A DNA stretch of 64,000 bases from Flectonema sp. DT1601 (taxonomy: Eukaryota). The DNA lies in assembly GCA_964019425.1 (NCBI GenBank), contig OZ025786.1:1426001-1490000 (forward strand), written 5' to 3'. Shown here piece after piece: positions 63,920 to 64,000 of the stretch. Under the pieces are notes generated by a model, which saw only the letters and a list, made by a program, of their open reading frames with translations, was not told where the DNA came from and made no database searches. Position 1 is the first letter of the stretch; each line of letters begins with the position of its first letter. Made by a program: the position numbers and the translations under genes.

Positions 63920-64000
63920 ATTTCCTACCGTTCACCTGGTTAGAGTCGATTTTGTGCGGGTTTTTCTGACAGGCATAAAACTATAATGAGCAGTTGTAAG

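Noticed and set aside
63895..63960. Functional spliced-leader RNA gene
   Set aside because: The 5' half of the leader is missing and no GT donor follows TTTATTG.

Overview
AT-rich eukaryotic genomic DNA with long poly(A)/poly(T) runs between genes. All ~24 credible host protein genes lie on the + strand across 64 kb. Most are intronless, and four carry short GT-AG introns. The co-oriented layout, trypanosome-type proteins (receptor adenylate cyclases, a calflagin-like domain) and a 16-nt match to the 3' end of the euglenozoan spliced leader point to a euglenozoan. The cis-introns suggest a diplonemid (inference). Recognisable genes: DRC8/EFCAB2, an ESRP/hnRNP-F/H-like qRRM protein, a TTL-family ligase, a Ubl-ankyrin protein, two mucin-stalk multi-TM paralogs, four class III cyclase-like genes, a PAN-domain protein, EF-hand proteins, NYN-like and DUF962/Mpo1-like proteins, and MAK21/CEBPZ. 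Mobile DNA includes a decayed piggyBac with intact TTAA/TIR ends, a MULE transposase remnant and two short interspersed repeat families. Top finding: a ~266-bp non-coding element in two almost identical copies (8125-8390 with a 14-bp target-site duplication, and 62193-62459) plus truncated copies. It encodes a complete hammerhead ribozyme core whose cleavable strand sits inside the stem II loop, a non-circular permutation, within a larger structured RNA. All calls are by eye; no searches or folding programs were run.
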